Counted from the stretch's first letter, positions 40,573 to 50,886 are shown. The stretch: DNA of 64,000 nucleotides from Cyanophyceae cyanobacterium (GCA_038321985.1 JBBQFN010000003.1:350097-414096), one strand, 5' to 3'. The notes: a model not told the origin generated them from the sequence alone. Numbers and translations are program-made.

Positions 40573-42687
40573 ATGCTCGGAATCATGCTCGGAACAACTC
40601 TCGGTGGACGTTACAAGATTGTCAACTCCTTGGGAAGCGGGGGTTTTGGGGCGACTTTTATCGCGCAGGATTGCCACCTTCCCGGTACTGCCCCTTGTGT
40701 GGTTAAGCAATTAAAGCCCCAGTCAACGGATCCGAGTACCCTACAAATTGCGAGACGGTTATTCGATACCGAGGCACAGTCGCTACATGAGTTGGGGTGT
40801 CATGACTGCATTCCTCAACTGTTCGCCTATTTTGAAGAAAACCAAGAATTCTATCTGGTTCAAGAATATATTGAAGGTCACGATCTCAGTCATGAATTGA
40901 TTCCTGGGGAAAAATTCGACGAGAAAAAGACCCTAAATTTACTGCGAGAAATTTTAGAAATTTTAAGTTTTGTTCAGAGCAAAAATGTTATTCATCGGGA
41001 TATCAATCCCCGTAATATTCTCCGCCGCAGTCGCGACCAAAAATTAGTTTTAATTGATTTTGGTGCCGTTAAACAAATTACGACGGAATTGCTTAATCCT
41101 AACGGCAAACCCGGGTTAAGTGTCTGCATTGGCACCCCCGGTTATTTACCGAGTGAACAAGCCAATGGGTTCCCAAAACCGAGTAGCGATATCTATGCCG
41201 TGGGAATTCTGGCATTGCAAGCCCTCACCGGATTATTACCCCATGAATTGCCCAAAGATCCAGATACCGAAGAAATCAAGGTAGAGGGATTGGTAGAGGT
41301 GAGTCCGGAATTTATGAAGGTATTAGAACGGATGGTCCGTTACGATTTCCGGGAACGTTATAGTTCAGCCACAGAGGCATTAAAGGCGATCGCAGATTTA
41401 GAAAAACCTACCGTAGTGACTGTTCCATTTCCTGGGGTGGCTCCTATTCCTAAATCTCGCTTAAATTTCTCTAGTAATCAATGGATTATCGGTTTAATTT
41501 CCTGCGGAATTATTGGGACTGGTTTGATTACGGGTTCCCTTTCAATTTGGAATAAAATTAAGTCAGTTAATGCCAATGAATTGTATCATCAAGGCAATAC
41601 CCTCTATAATTTAAGCCGGTATGAAGAGGCGTTAAAACACTATGAAAATGCCCTTGAAATCAAGGCCGATTATGTAGAAGCCTGGAAAGAAAAAGGGGAT
41701 ACCCTGTATCAATTAAACCAGGATGAAGCGGCAATGGATGCTTACGATCGCGCAATTCAACTCAATCCAGAGTATCTGGAAGCGTGGATCAAGCGGGGGG
41801 ATGTTTTAAATCGATTGCAACGTTCATCCGAGGCGATCGCCAGTTTTGATAAAGCCTTAGAATTGCTTCCCGAATCCGCCGAAGCCTGGAATGGCAAGGG
41901 GAATACGTTGCTAACTGTGCAGCGCTATGAGGAGGCGATCGCCGCTTATGATCAAGTGATTGAATTGCAACCGGAATCCTCAGAAGCCTGGTATGCTCGC
42001 GGATGGGCTTATCATCAATTAAAAGATTATTCAGCCGCTTTAAAATCTTATGATAAATCCGTAGAATATCAATTTGATTATGCCGTGGGATGGTATAATC
42101 GCGGGAATGTTTTGATGCAATTGAATCAAGAAAAAGAGGCGGTAGACTCTTACGATAAAGCCGTTCGATTTCAGCCAAAATATGCTCAAGCGTGGTACAG
42201 TCGCGGTAATGCCTTGATGAAGATTAATGACCTGGAAGAAGCGCATCATTCCTATGAACGGGCGGTCAAAATTCAGTCTAGCTATCAGGAAGCGTGGTAT
42301 AGTTTGGGTTGGGCGCGCCACCAACTGGGCCGGTATGAACAGGCAATAGATGCGTATAATCAGGCAATAGATTTAAACAAAAATGACTACAGCGCTTGGT
42401 ATAATCGGGGGAATGCGCTTTATAATTTAAACCGCTATCAAGAGGCCATTTCTTCTTATAATGAAGCAGCTTATCTAAAGCCAGATCATGCAGAATCTTG
42501 GTATGGAAAAGGGAATGGATTATCGACCTTGGAACAATATCAAGAGGCTATCTTAGCTTATGATCAGGCATTACGATATCAACCCAATTATCGGGCTGCG
42601 AAAGAAGGGAAGGAACGGGCTCAGAAGCAGATAGAACAGCGCCAGAAGCGCGAATCCCGAAGGGAGGGCGATGTACCGAGGCTCTAG
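40573..42687 (+). CDS. Hanks-type protein kinase with TM and C-terminal TPR array
   Basis: GSGGFG, VVKQL, HRDINPRN, DFG, GTPGY, SDIYAVG; ~10 TPRs. Start at 40573 or 40585 (12-bp duplication). Confidence 0.92.
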   Translation: MLGIMLGTTLGGRYKIVNSLGSGGFGATFIAQDCHLPGTAPCVVKQLKPQSTDPSTLQIARRLFDTEAQSLHELGCHDCIPQLFAYFEENQEFYLVQEYIEGHDLSHELIPGEKFDEKKTLNLLREILEILSFVQSKNVIHRDINPRNILRRSRDQKLVLIDFGAVKQITTELLNPNGKPGLSVCIGTPGYLPSEQANGFPKPSSDIYAVGILALQALTGLLPHELPKDPDTEEIKVEGLVEVSPEFMKVLERMVRYDFRERYSSATEALKAIADLEKPTVVTVPFPGVAPIPKSRLNFSSNQWIIGLISCGIIGTGLITGSLSIWNKIKSVNANELYHQGNTLYNLSRYEEALKHYENALEIKADYVEAWKEKGDTLYQLNQDEAAMDAYDRAIQLNPEYLEAWIKRGDVLNRLQRSSEAIASFDKALELLPESAEAWNGKGNTLLTVQRYEEAIAAYDQVIELQPESSEAWYARGWAYHQLKDYSAALKSYDKSVEYQFDYAVGWYNRGNVLMQLNQEKEAVDSYDKAVRFQPKYAQAWYSRGNALMKINDLEEAHHSYERAVKIQSSYQEAWYSLGWARHQLGRYEQAIDAYNQAIDLNKNDYSAWYNRGNALYNLNRYQEAISSYNEAAYLKPDHAESWYGKGNGLSTLEQYQEAILAYDQALRYQPNYRAAKEGKERAQKQIEQRQKRESRREGDVPRL

Positions 42688-44130
42688 CTACGGAGTCGGT
42701 AAGGGAACTTGACTGGGATTCAGACGCACTCTGGGGGGAGAGATGATGCTTAAGGGGTCGCCGATGGTGGTGATTTTCCAGGGTTCTGATTCGAGTTGAC
42801 GGGCGGCGATCAGGAAGGGGGTGCTTCGTTTGAGACGTCGCGCCAGGACCGTAGGGGGGATAAAGGCCGTTAAATAGGGTTCGTGAACGCTGCCGACATA
42901 TAAATAGGCCCCGTTTTCTAACCAGCGTCCCGCGATGGTATTGCGATCGCCTGGGGTGGTGGCGGACCAACTATGGATAAAATGCACGATCGCAGGATAT
43001 TTAAGTTGCGGAATATCTTCTACGGAAGCATCCCCCCCTCCGGCAGCAAATTTAGTAGACATTCCTTTAGAATTAACCCAAATAGTATCAAAATTGAGTT
43101 CACTTTCCCCGAGTTTTTGCCAGGTTTCTACATTAGCTTGGGGTCGTTGAATCACTCGGACATTGAGTCCCATCTCGGTTAGTAATGTAGCCGCCTCGTT
43201 CATTTGATATTGAATCCAGGGTTCCTGTTGAGGATAACTATCATAAAATAGGGCGGTTTCAGCATCAATAAAGATAGCTGACATCGCTTGATAAACCGCC
43301 CGGTTTGGAGACCCATAAATCCAGCCGACTGCTGCCCAGCGACTACCGGTTTCATCTCGTCCTAATCCGTCGGTTACCGCTAAGTCTACAGCGGCATTTT
43401 TAGGGGATTCATATTTAACAGCTAGTTCTTTGACCAAGGTCAGGGTATCGATCGCATCTCCGAGCGTATTGTAAGCATATCCCGTCCCTTTAATCAGGGT
43501 TTCAATCTGGAATTTTAAGGCAGTCCAAGTGGCGAAGTCTAACCGTTCATCCGGTTGTCCGAAATCCCCTTCTAAAAAGACTAAGGGTTGACCGCGATCG
43601 CTGGCTAATGCCACTGCAGCAAGCCATGCGGGGTCATTTTCAGAGGTCACGACTGCACCGGGGGGTTCCCATCCTAACTCTTCCCATTGGCTGCTGAGGG
43701 AATAGCGATCGCGGGCATTCCAGGCGGAAACAACAGCATCTTGCATCGCTTGTCGCCGGGTAAAACCCGTAGGCAAGGGAGTATTAACCGCCGGTAAGCG
43801 AACCACTTCCGCCGGTTGAAAGCGATCGAGAAATAGCTTCGTATATTGATTATCTTCGATTAAAATCGGCCAACGACCCTGGAGACTCCATTGGCGAATT
43901 GCAACTAAAAAGGTCGCCTCATCGGGAACGAGAACTACCCGATTTACAGTGGGAACACGCTCGCGTAATTTAGCAATTTTTAAACCACTTTGAACCGCCC
44001 AGGGTTCACTTTTTGCTGATTTTGGTAAGGCAAAAGGCTTAGACTCGATGGGTTTATAAATCCACCAAAAACCCGGAACCATAACCACAATTAGCAGACA
44101 GCACCATTCTAATAACCAGCGCTTGCCCAT
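42688..44130 (-). CDS. Hypothetical membrane-anchored protein
   Basis: Long ORF with N-terminal TM; no motif I can assign. Confidence 0.75.
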   Translation of the reverse strand: MGKRWLLEWCCLLIVVMVPGFWWIYKPIESKPFALPKSAKSEPWAVQSGLKIAKLRERVPTVNRVVLVPDEATFLVAIRQWSLQGRWPILIEDNQYTKLFLDRFQPAEVVRLPAVNTPLPTGFTRRQAMQDAVVSAWNARDRYSLSSQWEELGWEPPGAVVTSENDPAWLAAVALASDRGQPLVFLEGDFGQPDERLDFATWTALKFQIETLIKGTGYAYNTLGDAIDTLTLVKELAVKYESPKNAAVDLAVTDGLGRDETGSRWAAVGWIYGSPNRAVYQAMSAIFIDAETALFYDSYPQQEPWIQYQMNEAATLLTEMGLNVRVIQRPQANVETWQKLGESELNFDTIWVNSKGMSTKFAAGGGDASVEDIPQLKYPAIVHFIHSWSATTPGDRNTIAGRWLENGAYLYVGSVHEPYLTAFIPPTVLARRLKRSTPFLIAARQLESEPWKITTIGDPLSIISPPRVRLNPSQVPLPTP

Positions 44131-44577
44131 ATTTTTAAAGGGGGATAAGGGGGTGGGAAGAATAGGGGAAATCGGAAGGATTAGGGAAGTCGGCTTCAAA
44201 TCAAGGGCGATGAACTTGCCTTGAGTGAGAGCACATTAGGCTTGTGTAATTCAGGGGTATCCGCCTTTGATATTTGGATTTGTTGGTGAATTTCCTCTTT
44301 AGGTGGGACTACCCAAAAAAACCAACTAGGTTTATTGAGAGAGTATTTCTACTTAATTAGAGAGAGGATCCTGGAGAATTGTAACATAGTTAACATTATT
44401 TTAATCCTTTGTACAAAATTTGCTTTAAAGGAGAAAAAATTACCCCAAACAAGTACAGTCACAGTCCCAGCGCCTCCCAAAACCCAGAGGTTTACCGAAA
44501 GTCCAGTCATTTTCGGACTCAGGGATGTCAAGATCGAGGATGAAACGAAGAATTGTTCTCTAACTCGACTTAAATTT

Positions 44578-46107
44578 ATGTCAGAACAGGCACTGTCGAT
44601 CGCCCAGCATTATCACGATCGCACGAAATACGATCCGGATACTCTAGGGGCCAAAAGTCATGATCTCGATTGGGAAAATCAGCCCGTCCCGTTCAAAGAA
44701 TATAAAATCGGGGCCACGATTGATCTTAAGCCCTATCTGAAAAAAGAACCCGATGGGGGCAAAGATTTGGCCCGAAAGGGACTGACTCGAATTTCCCGGT
44801 TGCTATTTTGTAGCTATGGCTTAACCGCGAAGCTAGCAACCATGACTGGAAGTCAAATCTATTTAAGATCCGCACCCTCTGCCGGAGGATTGTACCCGGC
44901 AGAACTTTACTTACTCTCGAAGGGAACGCCCCAATTGCCTCCGGGTTTGTATAACTATCAAGCCCAAAATCACTCTTTAATTCGGTTTTGGGATAGCGAT
45001 GTTTGGCCTGCCTTACAAGCGGCAACCTTTTGGCATCCGGCTTTAGAACATACCCGACTTGCGATCGCCACGAGTGCGGTTTTCTATCGTTCGGCTTGGC
45101 GTTACCAGGACCGCGCCTATCGACGAATTTTCCTAGATACCGGGCATCTTTTAGGGAATCTCGAACTCGCCGCTTCCTTAACAGATTACCGCCCTCATCC
45201 GATCGCCGGATTTAACGATGATGCACTCAATGATTTGCTTTACCTCGACCCCACTCAAGAATCTTTGATTACCTTTATCCCCCTTGCGGACTTGCTGGAT
45301 ATCGACCAAAATCTCCCCAAATATCGCACGGCGTTAACCTCAGCAACCCAGACTGATTATCCGTCGATTCCTGATGGGGAATTGCTGGATTATTGCCATC
45401 AGGCGACCAAAATCGACTCGGACATGACCGGAATCGGGGGATGGAATCTCAGCGATGAGGAACCCGGGGAGGATAAATATAACTTTCCCTTTTGTAGTAA
45501 AGTTTCCACAAAAACCCCTCCCATTGACTGGCGAACCAATTTAGAGGGTTTAGAAAATACGATTCTGAAACGGCGATCGACTCGCGCCTATTCCGGTGCA
45601 CCCTTGTCCTTTGAAGAACTGAAGGCGTTGTTAGATTTCACCTACCATCCAGAACATTCCACTTATCAGAATTTAGATGGGTATCCTGACTTTTTTGATG
45701 TGGAGGATATTCAAACCTTTATTGCCGTCTCGTCGGTGACGGGTTTGGATGAAGGCTGTTATTATTACGCGCCAAAAGCGCAGGAATTGCGGCAAGTTCG
45801 GTTTAAAAATTTCCGTCGAGAACTGCATTATCTATGTTTGGGGCAGGATTTGGGGCGGGATGCCTCGGCGTTGGTATTTCATACGGCAGATTTAAAGAAG
45901 GCGATCGCAAAATATGGCGATCGCGTTTACCGTTATCTGCACCTAGATGCGGGACATCTGGGACAACGGCTGAACCTGGCGGCGATTTATATGGGTTTGG
46001 GGGTCAGTGGCATCGGCGGATTTTTTGACGATCGCGTGAATGAAGTCCTCGGCATTCCCCCAGATGAAGCGGTGCTCTATATCACCACCCTCGGCAAACC
46101 CCGATAA
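44578..46107 (+). CDS. SagB/ThcOx-family nitroreductase-like dehydrogenase (tandem domains)
   Basis: YHDRTKY, LRSAPSAGGLYPAE, WRYQDRAYRRIFLDTGH, RRSTRAY, KYGDRVYRYLHLDAGH. Confidence 0.9.
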   Translation: MSEQALSIAQHYHDRTKYDPDTLGAKSHDLDWENQPVPFKEYKIGATIDLKPYLKKEPDGGKDLARKGLTRISRLLFCSYGLTAKLATMTGSQIYLRSAPSAGGLYPAELYLLSKGTPQLPPGLYNYQAQNHSLIRFWDSDVWPALQAATFWHPALEHTRLAIATSAVFYRSAWRYQDRAYRRIFLDTGHLLGNLELAASLTDYRPHPIAGFNDDALNDLLYLDPTQESLITFIPLADLLDIDQNLPKYRTALTSATQTDYPSIPDGELLDYCHQATKIDSDMTGIGGWNLSDEEPGEDKYNFPFCSKVSTKTPPIDWRTNLEGLENTILKRRSTRAYSGAPLSFEELKALLDFTYHPEHSTYQNLDGYPDFFDVEDIQTFIAVSSVTGLDEGCYYYAPKAQELRQVRFKNFRRELHYLCLGQDLGRDASALVFHTADLKKAIAKYGDRVYRYLHLDAGHLGQRLNLAAIYMGLGVSGIGGFFDDRVNEVLGIPPDEAVLYITTLGKPR

Positions 46108-46347
46108 GTTGCAACACCCCGCCGCCAATCGTTAAAACGATTGGCCGCCTAATCCCTTGCATTCGGTTAAAACTGAGATATTGCATCATTCTCAACTCCG
46201 GCGGTTGTCGCTGCTCCTCTTTGGGAGATGGGTTTCTTTGGTGTTGGGTCAAATCAACCGGACTTAGACGCAACCTTTGCCGCCATTGAGGGCGATCGCG
46301 CTCAAAATATAGTCTAAAATCCTTAGATTCCAATTACTCCCATCTCC

Positions 46348-46956
46348 TTACTCCATCCCAAGATTTGTATCGCCTTTCAACTCCACATCCTCATAAATCA
46401 ACCCCAAAGCACACCGAAAATCCAGGCTGCTTAATTCTAATTGGCAACCCGCTACATCCTCCTCATTTTCAGGATAAGCTGTTAACTCCCACTTGCTCGC
46501 CGCATTTTTGGTATAACGATCAATTCTGATCTGAGTGGCATCAATTAATACATATTCCTCAAGGGTGGGAATTTGGCGATAAAACTGAAACTTCTGGCCA
46601 TAATCAAATGCTCCTGTACTCGGTGAAAGCACTTCAACAATTAAGCGAGGATAATGAATCGCTTCAATGGCCCGGCGATCGCGCTCATCACAACTCACCA
46701 CCACATCCGGATAAAAATACGGCCCCTGCTCAGAAACCTTAACCTTCGCATCCGACATTCTCACCTTGCAACCCTTCTCCCGCAAAAAAGGCCGCAGTAA
46801 ACTCGTTAAATTTACGGCAATATCATTATGGGGTAACGTCGATCCGGCCATCGCGTACACCTCGCCATCAATATACTCATGCTTAATCGGTTGCTCTGCC
46901 TCCCAAGCCAGATACTCGGCCACCGTCATCCCAGAAGATTTAACGTTTGCAATCAT
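46348..46956 (-). CDS. Uma2 (DUF820) PD-(D/E)xK endonuclease-like protein
   Basis: KHEYIDGEVYAMAG...YPDVVV...IVEVLSPST...EYVLID. Confidence 0.92.
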   Translation of the reverse strand: MIANVKSSGMTVAEYLAWEAEQPIKHEYIDGEVYAMAGSTLPHNDIAVNLTSLLRPFLREKGCKVRMSDAKVKVSEQGPYFYPDVVVSCDERDRRAIEAIHYPRLIVEVLSPSTGAFDYGQKFQFYRQIPTLEEYVLIDATQIRIDRYTKNAASKWELTAYPENEEDVAGCQLELSSLDFRCALGLIYEDVELKGDTNLGME

Positions 46957-47285
46957 GATTCATCTCCCTCAACAGCACTTGATCTATCCTGATCTTAATT
47001 CTACAGGACTGTCTGTGAGAGGAAATCAACAGCCCAACGAAATACCCCTAGGGGGGGGAACTTTACAAGAGTAGGTTTTTTACTTCCGGTCCCTTCCCCT
47101 GTGTCTTGGTCCGGGTTAGGGAGGGGTACTCACATCACTTTTTGCAACAAATGGGTTGGAAGGAGATTATACCCAGGAACGGCGCGAGGTTTTAGGGTCG
47201 GTGACGTGGGAGGAGTTTTTGCAGGAGTTACGGAAAATCAGAAATCTTTAGGAAGGCGGTTTCTCCGTTTACATAAAGGGGTCAA

Positions 47286-47350
47286 ACAAACCGGGTTTCT
47301 AGCAGTCTCTCGATCGCTTCACCAAGATTTAACCAAGAAACCCGGTTTCT
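47286..47350. repeat. Palindromic doublet element (copy F)
   Basis: ACAAACCGGGTTTCT 47286-47300 and AGAAACCCGGTTTCT 47336-47350; 35-bp spacer. Confidence 0.85.
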
Positions 47351-47468
47351 GAGGTTTCAGTTTTGGGAAGATGGGGTAAAATTGATTGACCCAAGCCTCC
47401 GCATTTAGTCCCGTCGGATAGCGGAAATACCCAATTGAGCAGCAGCTTTTGCCGAGGAGAGATAAGCG

Positions 47469-47696
47469 ATGAAAATTATTGATATTAACCAAGCGTTACC
47501 GCAAATTATCGAACTCATAGAAATGGCTTTTGCTGGAGAAGAAATTGTGATTAGAAAAAATAATCAGCAAACCATTAAAATTTCTCCAGTTTTATCGCCT
47601 CAGCCGCGCCCCCCTTTATTTGGGTGCGATAAAGACCGGATTTCCCTCAGTGATGATTTTGATGAACCCTTGGATGATTTTCAGGACTATATTTAA
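47469..47696 (+). CDS. Phd/YefM-like antitoxin with DUF2281-like tail
   Basis: A...L..LIE.A..GEEIVI...FG...DDFDEPLDDFQDY. Confidence 0.85.
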   Translation: MKIIDINQALPQIIELIEMAFAGEEIVIRKNNQQTIKISPVLSPQPRPPLFGCDKDRISLSDDFDEPLDDFQDYI

Positions 47697-48085
47697 TGCG
47701 ATTACTCCTTGATACTCATACGGTACTCTGGTTTTTTATGGGAAATTCCCAGTTGAGCGATCAGGTGCGTGATTTGGTCGAAGATGGTCATAATCATAAG
47801 CTGATTAGTGTGGCTACAGTGTGGGAGATGGCCATCAAACAGAGTCAGAATAAGTTAAATCTAGAAAAAAGTGCGGCAGATTATATAGAAGAGAAAATCA
47901 GCTTAGATGATTTTGAATTATTGCCAATTTCTCTCGACCATCTAAGAGTATTGTCATCACTTTTATTTTATCATAAAGACCCATTTGATAGACTTTTAAT
48001 CGCCCAAGCTATGCAAGAAAAGATTCCGATTTTAAGTAAAGATATCGCTTTCGATGCTTATCCCATCCAAAGGATTTGGGACTAG
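47696..48085 (+). CDS. vapC: PIN-domain VapC toxin
   Basis: LLLDTHTVLW...SVATVWEMAIK...HKDPFDRLLIAQA...D. Confidence 0.93.
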   Translation: MRLLLDTHTVLWFFMGNSQLSDQVRDLVEDGHNHKLISVATVWEMAIKQSQNKLNLEKSAADYIEEKISLDDFELLPISLDHLRVLSSLLFYHKDPFDRLLIAQAMQEKIPILSKDIAFDAYPIQRIWD

Positions 48086-48140
48086 AGGTGAACTACTGGA
48101 TACTTGTAGGGACAGTGCCGTGTCCTCTAACTCGCAGCAT

Positions 48141-48206
48141 CTCGATTCCTTCACCAAGATTTAACAAAGAAACCCGGTTTCTGAGGGTTGGGAATGGGGT
48201 AAAATC
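48141..48206 (+). repeat. Right half of doublet element (copy G), direct repeat of 47308-47383
   Basis: CTCGATxxCTTCACCAAGATTTAACxAAGAAACCCGGTTTCTGAGG...ATGGGGTAAAAT shared with copy F. Confidence 0.85.
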
Positions 48207-48237
48207 GGGGTGCTATTCCCCTACCCGGTGCGCCACT

Positions 48238-50853
48238 ATGGATGAACAACGATCGCAGGCTTATCTCTCCCTAATTCAAGAACTCCTGGAATGTCCCAAT
48301 GGGGAGGAACCGCAAATCTTCAACCGTCATCTGGAGTTGGTGGATGAAGGGTTTGTGCAGGTGTGCGAGTTGGAGGCGGCACAGTTGCAGGAGGAGGGAC
48401 AAGAGGATGACGCGCAGTTCTTGCGAGATTTGGCGCAACAGGTGGGGGCGTTTTTGGCGCGGCGGGGGACTGGCGGAAATCAGCAAGAAGTATTACAACA
48501 ATTTTGGCTACAACTGCTGCAAGCAGAAAACGAAGGCGACACAGCAGCAGTCCATCAAGTGATGCGGCAAAATATGGGGTTGATTGTTCCAGCCTTGGGG
48601 GATATTATTGCCCAGTCAATGCCAGGACTTCTAGTTCAGAATCCCGACCAAGCCCAAGGGGTTGTAGGCTTAGTCGAAAATACCTGCACCAGTATTCGAC
48701 TATTTCCCTATGGTCGGTATGGGGAAGCGTTAGAGATTGCCATTCGCGGCTATGGGGTGGTGCTGGAACTGCGGGCGGATAACCCCGAAAAACGGGCGCA
48801 AACCCTGAATAACCTCGGAAATGCCCGCCTCACCCAAGCCGAGATGGGCATCAACCCCTCCGCTAATCTCGAAAGTGCGATCGCCGCCTACGATGAAGCC
48901 GCAGGGATTATGCGGCGGTTGGAGTTAGACAAAGACCTCTCCTCTACCCTGAATAACCTCGGAATTGCCCGCCGCACCCAAGCCGAGATGGGCATCAATC
49001 CGGCAGCCAATCTCGAAAGTGCGATCGCCGCCTACGATGAATCCGCAGGGATTATGCGGGGGTTGGGGTTAGCCCGCGACTTAGCAGGAACTTTGAATAA
49101 CTTTGGTTTTGCCTACCAAACTCAATCTCGCCTAGCTGGGAACAGTTCCTCCCAGAAACAACAAGCCCTAGAAAATGCCTACCATAGCTTTCAAGAAGCC
49201 CTGGACCAGGTGGAATATCTGCGGGGGGAAATTGGGGCGGATAGTGAGGGCTATAAACGCAACTTTAATGAAGAATGGAACGGAGTTTATCGCGGCATGG
49301 TGGAAGTCTGCCTAGAGTTGGGTCGATACCAGGATGCGATTGAATATGTAGACCGCAGTAAAGCCCGCAACTTGGTGGAACTCATCGCCACCCGTGACGC
49401 TTATCCGGGGGGCGTGATTCCCGAGCCCATCCGCCAACAGTTGCAGCAACTCAAAATCGCCATTGCCCAAGCAGAACGCCGCCTGCAAGAAGAGACGAAC
49501 CCAGACCCGACCCACCTCAACCAACTGCGGCAACAAAAGCAGAAACTCGAACCCTATAAACCCCTGCATTTCCAGGCGATGCAAGCGTTACTGGATGAGG
49601 AAACCGCGATTTTGGAATGGTACATCCTGGGTGATAAATTCCTCACCTTCACCCTCACCGCCGAAAGTCTCAACCTCTGGACATCTTCTGAGGAGGACCT
49701 AGATAAACTCATCGACTGGGGAAATGCCTATCTTCGCGACTACCGCAACCGAGACAACAGGCAATGGCGCAATACCCTGGCCGATCGCCTAGAACAACTC
49801 GCCCCAATCCTGCATCTGGATGAAATCCTGCAAAACCTGTTTAACAACTTCCCCAACTGCAAAAAACTCATCCTCATCCCTCACCGCTATCTACACCTGT
49901 TCCCCCTCCACGCTTTACCTATCCATCACACCAACAACCAGGGCGCAAGCATTGCGCCCCTACATGACCCCGTAGGGGCGCAATGCTTGCGCCCCATCCC
50001 CCTACAAGACCTATTTCCTAAAGGTGTGGGTTATGCCCCTAACTGCCAAGTCCTGCAACAAGCCAAAAAACGCATCAATCAACGCCCAGACTTTAACCGC
50101 CTCTTCGCCATCCAAAACCCCACCCAAGACCTCCACTTCACCGAGATGGAAGTCGAAGCTATCCAATCCCTATTTATCCGCCACCAAGTCCTCAAACATG
50201 ACCAAGCGGAAAAAGCCGCCATTGATGTCGAAACCCTGAAAAACGCCCACTGCGCCCATTTCTCCTGTCCTGGCTACTTCAACTTTGAAGATGCCCTCAA
50301 ATCAGCCCTTATCCTGGCTAAAAGCGAATTTACACCCCCGCCGCCAACCGATGACCCCAGCCGCTATCTCCCCCTGAGAGACAACAAACTGCTGGATTTA
50401 GAAAAATGTCTCACATTAGAGGATATCCTCCGCCTTGACCTGACCAACTGCCGTCTCGTCACCCTCTCCGCCTGCGAAACGGGTATCACCGACATCACCT
50501 CCACCAGTGATGAATATATCGGTTTACCCCGTGGCTTCATTTTGGCGGGTTCTCCCAATGTGGTCAGTACCCTCTGGGCGGTGAATGACCTCTCCACGGC
50601 GATTTTTATGATTCAGTTTTATCAAACTCTCCAGCAACAGCCTGAACTGTCGGTGGTTTTGGCGTTGCGGCAGACTCAGACCTGGCTGCGGTCAGCCACG
50701 GTGCAAGATTTGTTAGACTGGGTGGATAGCTGTGCGGTGATTAGTCCAGAACGGCGGGAGCAAATGAAAGATACGCTAGGGTGGTATGAGCCAGATGTTA
50801 AGCGCTTTTCATCTCCTTACTTCTGGGCGGCGTTCTGCGCCATTGGACAGTAA
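48238..50853 (+). CDS. TPR + CHAT (caspase-like) protein with catalytic His replaced by Pro
   Basis: 48-aa TPR-like duplication; SKARNLVE; LIPHRYLHLFPLHAL; HFSCPGYF (canonical HFSCHG); LSACETG; VVSTLWAVND; PYFWAAF. Confidence 0.9.
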   Translation: MDEQRSQAYLSLIQELLECPNGEEPQIFNRHLELVDEGFVQVCELEAAQLQEEGQEDDAQFLRDLAQQVGAFLARRGTGGNQQEVLQQFWLQLLQAENEGDTAAVHQVMRQNMGLIVPALGDIIAQSMPGLLVQNPDQAQGVVGLVENTCTSIRLFPYGRYGEALEIAIRGYGVVLELRADNPEKRAQTLNNLGNARLTQAEMGINPSANLESAIAAYDEAAGIMRRLELDKDLSSTLNNLGIARRTQAEMGINPAANLESAIAAYDESAGIMRGLGLARDLAGTLNNFGFAYQTQSRLAGNSSSQKQQALENAYHSFQEALDQVEYLRGEIGADSEGYKRNFNEEWNGVYRGMVEVCLELGRYQDAIEYVDRSKARNLVELIATRDAYPGGVIPEPIRQQLQQLKIAIAQAERRLQEETNPDPTHLNQLRQQKQKLEPYKPLHFQAMQALLDEETAILEWYILGDKFLTFTLTAESLNLWTSSEEDLDKLIDWGNAYLRDYRNRDNRQWRNTLADRLEQLAPILHLDEILQNLFNNFPNCKKLILIPHRYLHLFPLHALPIHHTNNQGASIAPLHDPVGAQCLRPIPLQDLFPKGVGYAPNCQVLQQAKKRINQRPDFNRLFAIQNPTQDLHFTEMEVEAIQSLFIRHQVLKHDQAEKAAIDVETLKNAHCAHFSCPGYFNFEDALKSALILAKSEFTPPPPTDDPSRYLPLRDNKLLDLEKCLTLEDILRLDLTNCRLVTLSACETGITDITSTSDEYIGLPRGFILAGSPNVVSTLWAVNDLSTAIFMIQFYQTLQQQPELSVVLALRQTQTWLRSATVQDLLDWVDSCAVISPERREQMKDTLGWYEPDVKRFSSPYFWAAFCAIGQ
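49941..49994. repeat. GTAG-family REP doublet in frame within the CHAT gene
   Basis: Perfect 23-bp inverted repeat GGGCGCAAGCATTGCGCCCCTAC-N8-GTAGGGGCGCAATGCTTGCGCCC; total 54 bp. Confidence 0.88.
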
Positions 50854-50886
50854 AATTGGCAACTGATCTAACAGGAGTGGTAAGCC

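Noticed and set aside
44578..46107. Azole-containing RiPP cluster around the SagB/ThcOx gene
   Set aside because: No YcaO, precursor or transporter adjacent; it is 43 kb from the radical SAM gene and looks like a stand-alone nitroreductase-family gene.
46082..46333. 83-aa ORF downstream of Uma2
   Set aside because: Overlaps the convergent SagB-family stop and has no recognisable motif; may be a gene remnant, but unsupported.
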